Source of the DNA: Balanoglossus misakiensis
Taxonomy: Eukaryota > Animalia > Hemichordata
Assembly (NCBI GenBank): GCA_040954595.2
Contig: CM082576.2
Location: 16,663,028-16,727,027 of the forward strand
Reading direction: 5' to 3'
DNA: 64,000 nt
Below are positions 1-12,554 of this stretch, piece after piece. A program made the translations under genes and the position numbers. The notes beneath the pieces are model-generated. The model was not told where the DNA came from and made no database searches. It saw only the letters and a list, made by a program, of their open reading frames with translations. Position 1 is the first letter of the stretch. Every line of letters starts with the position of its first letter.

Positions 1-1291
1 CAGGAAATCAAACAAGGTCTTATAATAATTATCACACAAGGGAAACACTTGCCACGTTCAAAAGCAATTGATGATACAGACAATTGCTATAGTTGGTCGT
101 ACTTGTCCAAGACGGGCCAGTTCACCCAACTTGCATGCTACTACCAAACATTCAGATATGGCTAAATGGTGAGATGCTTGTGGTGTGAAAACAGCATAGC
201 AGTATCTGCTGTATCTTTGTCCTAAATTTGCATATGCCCATATATGGGTATAAATCGTGTCTAATTCTTCAAATGACCGTCAGTTTGCACAGTTTTTGTC
301 CTCTCTGCTAAGTTTTCATTTTAACGTTCAGCGGATAAAGTGACATAGAAGATCTATTGTTAGAGACAAATACTTAGCATAAATATGATCGATATAGGAA
401 GTAAGTAGGAAGCTCGCACAAAGCGGGCTGAAGGTAATCTGAGGCTATGTTGGTATGGGTTTGTGGCATGGAAATACACGCCCATAAATTTTGGTGGCCA
501 CTTCCTGTAAAAACCGATTGCTCCCTCAAGTCATGAGACAATGGAAATTAATACATGTTCTTCATTTTATTCTTCACCCCACGCACGCGCAATGTTAATC
601 TATCTACAAAGAATCACAACCAGTTCGCATCTTCGTAATCAGGCATGGCGATTAGCGGACGCGATTAACAACTGAAATAATGATGCATATGTGACACATA
701 CAGTGATATTAATACATATTTTATTTCTCGTTATTTACGAGAGTTATGAGCTCGCGCGAACACATAGTAAAACAAGAGTCCACAGTCTATTGGAATCTAC
801 TACCAGTCTCTGTTTATCATAGCCTATCCATTTAGAACTTCTTAAGTTCAATGATAGTTAAAATGTCGTTATTCAGTTATTACTTGAATAAAACCCAACC
901 AAAAATGTACTTTTACGATATTCTCACATTAATTTGTGATCCATTTATCACATTTGTAGGGCATTTCATAATGAAAGAAAAGAAATATCCCTTTTCCGTA
1001 TTGCAAAAACTCGTGTTTAATACTAAAACTCTAACCCTATAATTCAAATGTAGTTCCTTGTTGTTCACAATGGATTCAACGTATTCGTATATATGATGTG
1101 TCCAGCTCCTCAGTTGCTTTCACACAGTTAAATAGCATGTTTTAATTTATGTGATCCGACAAAATTTTGAAAGTGATTTCGATAACAGCAGTACAACTAT
1201 TTGCAGAAGAGGTAAAAGTTTTGCAACAACATATTCAGCATCAATTTACATTAAAACGTCAATAAGCGTATTCCTGTTAGACGACTGATAG

Positions 1292-2601
1292 TCAATACGG
1301 GGACGGTGGATATTCCTCGATGATTATTCTGCACGTTCACTTGTAGCAGAAATAGAGATCATGATAGCCATAGCCATTGCAATTTCCACAGTTGAAGGCG
1401 ATGTTGTAGGAACCAGCGGCCAATACATTGCAGAAACCTGTGAATACAGAGTCACCAACATGAAGAATAAGTTAACTTGCACAGCATTAAGTCAGATGAC
1501 TACCCATATGCAATGCGTGGTTATGACATTCCATAGCTTTTCATGTAGAATTTTGAGAAAACAGTGTTACAATTTTGTTATTTTCTTGAAATTCCCATAA
1601 GATGTACCAAAACAGGAGTATTATTAACTATAATAAAGAAAACACTATTTCACCAAGCTTAATTTTTGAAAGAGGTGTTCAAGTATTTTCACCCTAGGAA
1701 AACTATACAGTTAGAGTGCCAGAAAAGTGCTGACTCAGCATTGTTCACAATGTTTAAGACCCTTAACTGAAAAAGTTGCATGGGAAAACCGTGTTTCCTC
1801 TCTATATTTGTTTTAACATTCATTGATAAACAATATATAACAATCGGAAGGGTAACAATGTTCTAAATTATGAGAAGTCACTATACCTTTATCCAAATAT
1901 CCAAACATAGACCTACCGTTGACTACCCTTGGCCTGTGCAAATCGACAGATGTACCCATGCCACCAGTGTATACCACGCCCTCTATCGTCAGTGGATTGC
2001 TACATTCGGCGCCATTGAAAGTGAAGTACCACCTACCACAACTGCCGTCACCTCCAGCTAATCTCATATCACCCATGAACTTCACAAATAACGATGTGTC
2101 ATCGTACTCCTTGGTGAAACTACACGTCTTCAAGAGAAAGAAGCAGAGAAAGGTGAAGAAGCTTTCACTAAGCACGCAGGCTAGATCAAACTCTGCAGCC
2201 ATTTTCCTTGAGTTAGATTTCACATCCGACCAGGCGAATACACTTCTGAAAACATTTCTTGTTAGTTTCCAAAATCATTCGCACACCCACCCGCCTATTT
2301 TATAATCTACTTGGGTATTTGTTCACAGATTACCCCACCCGTCAATTCCATACATGTTCATATATGTCACACTTTCATATATCTTCCTTCTTATCTATGT
2401 TCATTAATGCTTTTGCTGTATGATTAGTATGAATACCGGAATCAGAAATTAATGAATAAAAATCGAATAAATCATTATTCATTGATTGATAAGTAATAAG
2501 AAATACATGAATTAATTGGCCTAAATAGATGGATGGATGGATGGATGGATGGATGGATGGATGGATGGATGGATGGATGGATGGATGGATGGATGGATAG
2601 A

Positions 2602-2644
<43 letters not shown>

Positions 2645-2800
2645 ACTGACCACTAGAGTTCCATAATCCCGTCCATCAGATAAATCATTCCATACGCATT
2701 GTCTCCAATTTGTTGTTATGGGTGCTGGATCACCTTCATCTCCAGGAGGACCAGGTGGTCATGGTGGTCCTGGTGGGCCAGGCATTCCTGATTCACATGG
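1292..2800 (-). pseudogene. CTHRC1: CTHRC1-like (collagen triple helix repeat-containing) gene, last 3 exons, with two premature TGA stops
   Basis: GT-AG exons 2800-2651 (PCESGMPGPPGPP*PPGPPGDEGDP..NWRQCVWNDLSDGRDYG), 2127-1917 (TCSFTK..GDMRL..SCGRWYFTFNGAECSNPLTIEGVVY..DLHRP) and 1437-1292 (GFC..GNC..*TCRIIIEEYPP) match recalled CTHRC1 motifs (NWKQC, RWYFTFNGAEC, RIIIEE). In-frame TGA at 2761-2759 and 1339-1337. No 5' exon found in the window. Confidence 0.85.
2527..2645. repeat. compound microsatellite (GGAT)n(AAAT)n
   Basis: Directly visible in a CTHRC1-like intron. Confidence 0.95.
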
Positions 2801-3175
2801 CTGGAAGTGAGGAAATGTGTTGTTATATTAGTGACAGAACAGGAGGCTGATAAGCAGTCAACTTAAACAACAACTTTATTTCTGCTGACTCATAACATGA
2901 GGTTGTGTGCCAGAACGAGGCTACAACAAGATATAGAGGGCGATATCACTAGATCTCCCTTCCAGGTCAAGTCCGTCCTGGTCAAATGCTTTGTAGATCA
3001 AAAGGCTTTTTTCTGCAACAACATGAGAAACACAATTTTGAACTCGAACACTCGAATAAGACAATTAAAGATTTGAACTCAGAAATCGACTGTACTGTGT
3101 GTAAGTCTTTATTAAAGAACAAGAACTAGTGTCTTTCAAATGTCCGCGATTTGTATGCGTACACAATGTAAACGT

Positions 3176-4906
3176 TCACAAGTATAACTTGCTCGGTGCT
3201 TTAATTACTGTTCCCGAACGTGTAGTGTATGATGCTGTATCCGACATCAATGGTTGTGCAGGTGCAACATTTCCGTTAGCAGTATCTCCTTTCATTGCAT
3301 CCTGTCCTTTGTAGGGTGTAGATGGTGCGAACAGAACCTCTGGTGGAATGTCATTCTGTTCCCTGGTATTGATGAGGGGAGTCGTTCGCTGTTCCGGCTT
3401 CTGTTCCGATCGTTTCGCTAGGTGGCGAGTGTTACGTCGTTGTGTTCCACGTGGTGTTTCTACGATGTATGATGATCGTGGTGTCCCGGCTGCTCGAACA
3501 ACAGTGACTGGCGTATTGTCTCCTTTAACATACACTTTCTCTCCCAGTGATAATTTTCCATGCTCCACTACTCGATGACGGTTGTCATAGTTACGCTTCT
3601 GACGGTTTCTCAAAGATTCCTCCTTCATTTGCATTGGCTCCAAATTCTTTGGTAAGATTGGTACAGTGCTGCGTATTCTCCTGTTGAGCAATGACTCTGC
3701 TGGAGAATATCCATTTTCCAGTGGTGTAGAGCGATAGGCTATTAGTGCCTTATGCGGGTCATCCAATGATGCTAATAGCTTCTTAACAGTCTGCACGGCT
3801 CTTTCAATCGCCCCATTCAACTGAGGGTAATGCGGACTGCTGGTCACATGTGTGAAGTCATAGTCCATTGCAAATTCAAGAAACTCCTCCGATGCGTACT
3901 GTGGGCCGTTGTCTGACATTACAGTTTCGGGTATTCCATGACGTGCGAATATGGACTTCATTGACTTAATCGCCGCTGCTGATGACAAAGTATTGAGTTT
4001 TGCCAACTCTATATATCGTGAGTAATAGTCCACGAGTGCTAGGTAAGTTGATCCACGCCATTCCAGTAGATCAGTGGCTACTCTTTGCCATGGGCGTCTT
4101 GGAAATTCAGTCTGAACTAATGGTTCAGCCCGGTCTTTCTGATTTTTGACGCAAGTATCACAGGTTTTCACCAAGTCGTTTATTTCGCGACTGAGTCCTG
4201 GCCACAATACTGCAGCTCTTGCACGGGCACGGCACTTTGATATGCCCTGATGACCTTCATGAATTCTCTGTAGTATTTCACCTTGCATCTCCTTTGGGAT
4301 CACAAGTCTGCTACCTTTCAGAAGAAGGCCATTATAGGTGGACAGTTCTCCTCGTACATGCCAATATGGCTTTGTGATGGGAGCCAGTTTTGACCATTCG
4401 GGCCATCCAGTCTTGATATATTGTCCTATCAGTTGATAAGCTGGGTCGTTTGACTGGCAGTTGCGAATCTGTTCCAGACGTGAGAGAGATGATGGAAATC
4501 CCAGGTATACTGCATCTACATATGCTCTCGTCTCCTCTTGGAATCCAAGATTGTCGCGTTGTGGTGGCAATCTCAGTGGTGCGCGTGAGAGTGTATCGGC
4601 TGTAACCATATTTACACCTGGCACGTGTGAGATTGTGTACGAGTATCTCATCAGTCTGAGGCGGAAACGCTGAACTCGTTGGGGTAAGTCCTCCAGGCTC
4701 TTGCTTCCTAGTAAGGGCACAAGTGGTTTGTGGTCAGTTTCTATGTGGAACTTCAGACCGAGTAAGTAATTGTTGAAGCGTTGACATGCCCATGTGATTG
4801 CTAGTGCTTCCTTCTCTATTTGTGCATACCTTTGTTCTGTGCTGGTCATAGCTCGTGATGCGTATGCCACTGGCCTCCAATGTCCATCTGCCTGTTTCTG
4901 TGCCAA
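3176..4906 (-). pseudogene. Gypsy pol fragment: RNase H + integrase
   Basis: RPVAYASR..YAQIEKEALA, ETDHKPL, HEGHQG..C..C zinc-binding motif, DYYSRY, SDNGPQY, NGAIERAVQT. Confidence 0.9.
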
Positions 4907-5042
4907 AACTGCACCAAGGCCATAAGATGACGAGTCTGTGGAGAGCAGTGTTGCTGATCGTGTGTTATATAGCGAGTACAGGCGAAGAACTCAGCAATAA
5001 GTTCACCTTGTGAAATGCTTTGTCTTGAGCGTCAGACCAGTA

Positions 5043-5802
5043 TCACGCGTTTTTCTTCGACAGAAGATCTCTTAGGGGTTTTGTTGTCTCTGCTAAGTCC
5101 AGAGTGAACTTGCTCAGTTGGTTTGCCATTCCCAAGAATCTCCGTAATTCGGTGATGTTAGTGGGTTTGTCCATCTCAACAATCGCCTTGACTTTCAGGG
5201 GATCGGCACTGATACCATTTTCACCAATGATGTGCCCAACGAATTTCGCAGACTTTACTGAAAATTCACATTTGTCTGAGTTTAATGTCAGTCTCGATTT
5301 CTCCACTCTGCGTAAGGCATTCATCAATCGTATATCGTGTTGTTTTTGGTTCTCTCCGAAGATCAAAACATCATCAATTTCACAAATCACGCCATCCAAA
5401 CCATCCAGTATTTTCTGCATACGTTTCTGGAAGTGTTCCGGCGCTGAAGAAATGCCAAATGGTAACTGTTTGGAATGCAAAACGTCCAAACGGGGTCATG
5501 AATGTGGTAAGTAGCTGTGAATCGGCATCCAGGTCTATTTGCCAGAAACCACTGTTGGCGTCAAGTTTGGAAAATACTTTCGCTCCTTGTACTTGTGATA
5601 ACACTTGGTCGACTGACGGTATTGGGTGTAGCTCCCGACGTACCATTTCATTGAGTTTCTGGAGATCCACACATATGCGAACTCGCTCAGAATTGGGTTT
5701 GGGTACAACCACCATGCCTGCACACCAGTCAGTGGGCTGATCGATTGGCCTGATTACTCCGAGGTTTTGCATACGTACAAGTTCGTCTTTGACCTTTGAC
5801 AT
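5043..5802 (-). pseudogene. Gypsy reverse transcriptase, frameshifted
   Basis: RICVDL..LN and FSKLDANSGFWQI..TTFMTPFGR lie in one frame; LPFGISSAPEHFQ..EIDDVLIFG lies in another. Confidence 0.9.
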
Positions 5803-7878
5803 AAGCGGAAGGGGAACTTGTCTCGGGTAGTAATTGCATATGGCTGTGCATTTTCCTTGAGGTCAATGTGATATGAACCCTCAAGTTTGCCTAGTCCAGT
5901 AAACAGCTGTGGGAATAGCTTTTTGTACTTGGCCAATTTCATCTGTTTCTCAGATACATTGTGGATGTTCGCTCTTGACAGCATGTGCAGCGATTCTATG
6001 GCTGGTCTTCCCAGTAGTGCTTGGTTGAGGTGTTTCACAACATAAACATTTTGGTATGTTTGTGCTGTTTGTTTACGTCCGTTACAGTTCGAGTCTAGGT
6101 GAAACACGCCTCTTATTTTACCAATGGTCTCCAGTTTGCTTTGTCCTGGGCCATATAGTATTCTGTCAGTGGGTTGCAGCTCTGATGGCTTGAACATTTC
6201 TGTGAATGTCTTTTCTGGTATAGTGGTCACATTTGCTCCAGTGTCAATTTTGAACTGAATGTTTTTATTATTGACAGACAGATCTACCATCCACGGTTTG
6301 CCTCCTGTGGTTCCAACTTCACCCAGAAATTCAGAATCAAATTCAGCCTCATGCAGTACATTCATTTGTTTTGGCTGGTTCGAACTTCTTTTAGATCTGC
6401 AAACTTTTGCAAAGTGTCCGGTCTTACCGCATGCATTACAAGTAGCGTCCTTCGCTGGACAGTTCGCTCTGTTATGGTTGGGTTGGTTTCCACACCATGA
6501 ACACTTTGAGTTTTGGCTATATGTATTGCTTTGCCGGTTGTTTGGTCTTCCAGCTGTGAAGCCCTTATCTCTACTCACACTGTGCGGCTTTTGTTGGCTT
6601 CCTCTTGGCTGTTGTCTTTTTCTCTGACTTCGCCATTTGTTTGACTTTACGGTATCCATATTGTCTCTGCTTGTACTCATTGGGTTTCGAAGTGCTTGCT
6701 GTTGGCTTTTAACTGCCTCACTTTGACGTGCTTGGTCGACAGCTGTTACTAAAGTCAGCTTAGCGTTAAACTGCAACTTCTCCGAAAGCCTCTCGTTGAG
6801 TAGACCTACGACTATTCTGTCACGGATCATTTCCTCCCTCAGAGCGCCATATTGGTGAAGTTAAATTTTTTAACTGATTTTAAATCCAGAGCAAGCCCTG
6901 TAAATGCCAAAGGTCAGGGTGAGGTAAATGTCAGGGGTGAGTTTATTTCCTCTTAGCCGCCACAGCCAATAGCAGTGTTGCATTGTTTTTACATAAGCTA
7001 TAGTTTATTTACACTCTGTATACAGAGTTCTCTGGGTTTGTTTTTCCCGGCACAAAATTAGTAAGCTGTCTGCTAGCCAGCGTGCCAACAGCTCTTTTCC
7101 CACCCTCCCTCCCTCTTTCCGAAAGACTGCTGCCTTTATGGCTCTTGTGTTTTTATTTTGAGAATTGTTACTTCATGAAGTAGTTTTGTATTTTTTTGGC
7201 TTAATGTATGATGCATTTACATTTTACTGTACGGTGCTGTTATTTTCTCCCAGTGGATAGATTTTTCTCTTTTATTGTATATATTTTAGTTGTACTTTTA
7301 ATAGGGGTCCAGTCTTCTCCCTATACAAGCAGCTCGTTTGTTTTTCATTTGCGATTAGCATAACAATGGGAGAAGCTGGACCCATCCCTAGTTATTTAAC
7401 ACCTGTAGTTTATTTGTAGTTTAATTTAGCCTATTGTAGTATAAGAAATAAAATCTATCCCTACTTCACCAAGACACTTGAGTTTCTTGCCTCTTTCATT
7501 TGCCCCACATGCTGCCTTTGGCTGAATCTGGATTTAATGCAGTGTTCGGCAAGCCCGTATAGTGACGTAATGAAACTGTCAACGGATTCGCCTGGCTCTT
7601 GTTTACGGTTGTTGAATTTTGCACGCTCGAATATGACGTTTCGGCGAACAATAAAATAGTCCTCGAACTTACTTTTGACAACATCAATGTCTTTGAGATT
7701 GGCGTCAGTCAGTCCGAAAGATGACAGAATCTCATCTGCTTTGCTACCCATTGGGCGCCATATTTGGTTGATAAACCCGATGCCATGCAAAATCGATCAA
7801 ATCGCTGGATCCACTTCGGCCATTCGTCTGGCTTGGAAAAGTCGAATCCATCTGGTGCGGGAACTTGAAATGATGCCA
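5754..7878 (-). pseudogene. Gypsy gag-protease, interrupted by a nested insert
   Basis: FDFSKPDEWPKWIQRF, ERAKFNNRKQEPGESVD..LAEHC | YGALREEMIRDRIVVG, CCHC knuckles, FKIDTGA aspartic protease motif. Confidence 0.88.
6855..7537. mobile_element. unidentified ~680-bp non-coding insert in Gypsy gag
   Basis: The gag reading ..LAEHC resumes as QYGALREEM across the interval; the interior is unrelated to Gypsy. Confidence 0.7.
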
Positions 7879-8628
7879 TGGTTTTTCTAGTATCCCACTT
7901 CTGACACCATGTTATATTAGCGACAGAATAGGAGTCTGACAAGCAGTCAACTTAAACAACAACTTTATTTCTGCTGACTCCTAACAAGAGATTGTGTGCC
8001 AGAACGAGGCTACAACAAAGTATAGAGGGCGATATCACTACACATGCACATGCAAGTATATACTAGCGGTTTGAGCCAGTTTTTAAAAAAAATATCCGAG
8101 ACACGCTTTGTATGATAGTTACAACAGATTGAATTCACACAAATTTTGAGCCAGATATCTCAAAGCGTTAACACAAAAGGGAAATGATTATTTTACAAAG
8201 TGAATCTCGTATCCTGAAACTATCCTTAAAGTAAGACCCTCGGATTATTGATATTTTAAATTACTACTATGGCTGTGGGCTGTTGAGAATTTCTGATTAC
8301 ACTGTGCGTTCTTCGTTTAAAATAACATCAATTCTCAAAGCGTTAACATAAAACATCGAGAAGGAAGGTAATTAAAATTGCTTGTCACGTGATAGTTGTG
8401 TAAACAATTGTCAGACTGAATTAACAATAATGCTCTCCTATATCTAAGTTTCAGAAAATATATGGTTTTAGGGAATTCTTAGCTAGATAATTAACAGAGA
8501 AATGTTTATTTCAAAAAAGTGAATTTCTTATCTCGTATTCTTAAAGTCAAAGGATATTATTGATATTTTAAATTTAAATTATTCACTGATACATATTACT
8601 GTTACTGCCGGCTATAGAGGATTTCAGA

Positions 8629-11600
8629 TTATACTGTGCGTTCGTCGTTTAAAATAATATCCGCGTGAGGTGCATCCCTGCCACTGTAAACTTCACCCTG
8701 TTTATCTGTCGCTAAATTATCCCCCTTCCCGGCTGCTGCCCCTTTAACACTTTCGATACCTATGGTTGTTGTTGTGGGGCCGTCTTGCTTATTCATTTCT
8801 GAGTCAACAGGTCGTGATGTTTGTTTCTCGGTGAATTTTGTGATATCGCGTCGGATTCTTTCCTTTGTGTTCATTTCTGGCTTGAAAAAAACGACGTACA
8901 GCTTTGGTATATAGATACACACGAGCAAACACGTGGTGGACACGAACATGACTATAGCTTGCGACACGGACTTCAGTTTACCATGCGTCCAAAAGGACAC
9001 TGGGTAATAAATCGACCAAACACTAAAATACATGAACATAGCAAAGGTTATGAACTTTGCTTCGTTGAAGTTACTTGGGAGCTTTCTGGCCCGGAATGCA
9101 AAAATCAAACAAACTCCAGTTAGGACCCAAGTATAGATACTTCTTGTCAGACCGAGAGGTAAGGAGGTTTCCTTACACTGCACGAAGGTTTTAGTCTTGG
9201 AAATCTCGTTACTTCTTTCGACTATAGGTGGCGCTATCACGTATGTTGTGACGACCAGGGCAATGTAAATGAGCAAAAATATGAATACAATGAGAAAGTG
9301 ATATCTAGCACGAGCGAATCTTGATTGCTTCACTGAGGATGCTAGCGGGACGTTGAAAATGTGCACAAGTTGTTGTGTTCTGACAAATACTACAGCAACG
9401 CAGCCAGTGTATGCAATACCATTGGCTATTTGGAGCGCGCAGTGGATGTCAGTTGGTGAACCCAAATATGCAAAACAGCTCAAATAACAACAGAACAGAA
9501 AGAAGAACATGACATAGCTTAATTCACGATTGCAAGCTTTGATGATTGGTGTATCTCTGTGATAGAGAAACGCCCCTGTGCACAGGAGAGTGAGAGCAAT
9601 TCCTGTGATGACGAGAACTTCCAAAACAATCCCCATAGGTTCAGTCCATTCTAAGTAGTCAACAGTCTTCTCCACGCAAACAGTCTTGTCTTCATTTGGC
9701 CAGTAACCAGTTGGACACGGGACGCATAATTCGGCACCTACACAGTAAAGAACAGCGAATTTGTGTACCATGATAATAATTATAAAATTGTCTTACCGTA
9801 TTAATAAATGAACAAAGTCATTCGCTTTTTTTCATATCTATTAGTTTATAATTATTCTTCTGTAAAAGTTGTTCTGAGAAAACCATTTCTGTTGACCATA
9901 AATGAAATGATATACGTCTTTCATGTGTTATTTCCGTGTATTACCTGTGATGTTATTGATTTCCCCTACTGCACACGGCACGCACTGAAAACAACAGAGT
10001 GGTCTGCCATCTTGACTTGCCTTCCGTGTTCCAAGAGGGCATGGGGCGGAGCAGACTGAAACCGGTACCTGTGATTTGAAAAAAAGGTTTGGCTGCATCA
10101 GCGGTTATGAGTGGAATTATGCAAAGAGACGTTCCAGTGTGTTCTGAACCCCAGTATATAGCGATATATTACAGACAAAATGTGATTATTGTTCTCTTGA
10201 GGGACGATGTCCGAAAATATTCCGGACACTGTACTTGTCCAAGTCAATGACATCGGGGATAATGATCAAATCAATTTGAATATTCAGTTACTTATCATCA
10301 ATGATGTACTGCGTTACCAATAATATATTTTTTGCATTTGTCAAGCCTTACTTCCAATTCAATCTAATAACATCCATACCTGGTTGCTACCATTGCGCCA
10401 CCGAATAGCATTGCCTGTTAACTGTAGTTTGTTTACTTCAGCCGAACCATCGAATAGACCAACAGTGACCAAGTCAATACCATCAGTCGTTGCATTTTGC
10501 CAGTTGTTAATTTCATATCGACCTTTGCCCCGTTCGTTGTTTTTTAAGTCGTAGTATTTCCCATCACTTCCATTGAACTTGACCTCTTGGATATATTTCA
10601 ACAATTGCCATGGTTGCAGGTCTGTGACGTCAGGGCAAGTTCCATTTTCTAGGAGACCGTGTGGTTCCCTACATCTTATGATGTTACCAATGGCATGGCC
10701 AATAACGGAAACGGCTAGGTATACATTGTACGACACCCTGTAATTGTCACTTTTGTAAGATCTTGTTTCGTTGAATCTGTGATCATCGGTGCATGTTGGG
10801 AGACTGTCCTCGGCCAATGGTACTGTCGTTAACTCGGACGTTTGACCATTAGACTCACTTGGGGATCTGTAATCAACTGTCGCTGAGTTGTATGACGTCG
10901 CGGGGTCTTCTTCACCCGTTACTTTTTCTGTCACAAGTTCACTGGTTGAATTGTCGAAAACACCAAGTCCCTCATTTGCATAATTCATTTCCTGCGTTGC
11001 CCCGCCAGTGTTATGCATCGGCATCGCACATCCAAATTCTTCCAGCCATAACTTCTCAAGGAATGGATTCCTGTGCTCGGCCTTGAATGGTGACAGATTT
11101 TTCAAATAATCACTGAAGCCTGGAATGTGACCATGGGGCAAAACTACACCTATAGTCCCCTCCATGGGATAGTACACACCATCGGCAACGTAAGTGTTAT
11201 CGGACCATGTTTCAGTTGCTAACCATATGCGGTCTGTAAATAAGCAGATAAACTGAAGTTGAATATCATTGCTAATAAAATGTTATGTGGAGTCAGTGAT
11301 AGAATTCGTCGACCCTATAAAATGTGAAGACGCAGATGTCAGGTGGTGCTAGCTCAGTGAAGGGTCATCACCCACCCAAAACTGCGGAGACCCACACCAA
11401 ATACAGTTTGCGGCTTATTACACTAATGCAATTTGCTTTGGGGACTGCACTAATTCTATAAAACGACAAAAGCGGCCTAGAGTCTGCTTATCGCTAACTC
11501 CTCTGATAACCAACGACTTTTGGCCGGTTTCCAATGGTACATACGAAAGGTTTAATTGCACTAGCACTGCTTTGAATACATCAGCGTTGTCCCGCAGCAA

Positions 11601-12554
11601 TGCTGGGCAGTGACTACTCAACGACCTCACACGAAGGAACTGCGGTGTGGTCTTCATAAATTCACCTCAGTTTAGCCAAGGTGACCAAATGGAAGTTATA
11701 CCTGTAATGCCTTGACGCGAAGCTTCCTTAAGGAACGCTGTTGCTTCCTCTGGTGCAAGGAACGTGGCTACAACCTTAATGGACGTGTCTTCCCGGAGCA
11801 TGTTGATTACTTCCCTGACTTTTGCTTCATTATTATTCACCGGGATGAGTTCTCTAAAAGCCACACAGACGCCGCGTTCGACGACCCCATCGACGACTTC
11901 TTGTATTCCCGGGCGACCGTAGTCATCGTCTGAGCCAACCGCAGCTATCCACTCCCAACCAAAATGAGAAATCAGTTCCACCATGGCTAGCGACTGGGTC
12001 ACATCACTTGGAATTGTTCGCAGAAAGGACCTGTACTGCATTGTGTCGCTCAGTAGGGAACTGCTCGCGGAATAGCTAATCATAGGTATGTTGTATATAC
12101 CAAGCATAACACTCACTGCCATAGAAACCGATGATCGAGCCGCCCCAATTACCGCTTTCACGGACTCGCCTCCAGTTGCAGGTTTGATGAGTTCCATGAC
12201 CTCTTCAGCCGCTGGCGACACCGAATCACAGCTATCCCGAATGTCGTATCCCAGGGTGAGACCAGGCACAAAATTGGCATCGTTGTTGATTTCTTCCACA
12301 GCGAACTTCATGGCTTCCGCAAAGCGATAACTGCGTGGGTCGAACCGGGAACACACATCTCTGATGGGACCGGATTCAAGACTTCCGTCGTGTCGGTGCA
12401 GTTGCATATGAAATGAGAATATTCCTCCAATGACAATGTCTCCATGTTTGTAGATACGTTTGTGTTTTGTCGTCGTCGCTTTGCTTTCTTGTAGAAAGAA
12501 AACACCGGCAAGTGTGGCCACTAACACGTGTGTAAGAAACACGAACTTGGTCAT
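8629..12554 (-). CDS. class C GPCR (CaSR/GPRC6A/V2R-like), copy A, 979 aa, intact
   Basis: Exons 12554-11702, 11233-10380, 10068-9945, 9737-8629 (853+854+124+1109 nt, GT-AG, frame-consistent). Signal peptide, Venus flytrap domain (GDIVIGGIF, AMKFAVEEINN, LGYDIRDSC, FLRTIPSD), Cys-rich domain (VPVSVCS..CCFQC), 7TM (RKLPSNFNEAKFITF). Confidence 0.92.

Larger units (their letters stand above)
2821..8042 (-). mobile_element. Ty3/Gypsy LTR retrotransposon, degenerate
   Basis: 133-bp LTRs at 2821-2953 and 7910-8042 (about 10 mismatches by eye). PBS TGGTGTCAGAAGTGGGAT (7909-7892, tRNA-Leu-like). Purine tract next to the 3' LTR. Domain order gag-PR-RT-RH-INT, with frameshifts and stops. Confidence 0.93.

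Noticed and set aside
2375-2653. 92-aa ORF with FIYL/IHPS repeats
   Set aside because: It is a translation of the microsatellite.
1292-2800. Selenoprotein reading of the two in-frame TGAs
   Set aside because: The positions correspond to Gly and a probable Ser rather than Cys, and no SECIS was recognised; nonsense mutation is simpler.
8629-8645. PDZ-binding motif at the GPCR C-terminus (ERTV)
   Set aside because: Thr is at -1, not -2, so it does not fit class I.
11418-11657. 79-aa ORF 'conserved' in GPCR intron 1 (also 24789-25028)
   Set aside because: Conservation reflects recent duplication; copy C has a deletion and stop, and exons 1 and 2 splice in frame without it.
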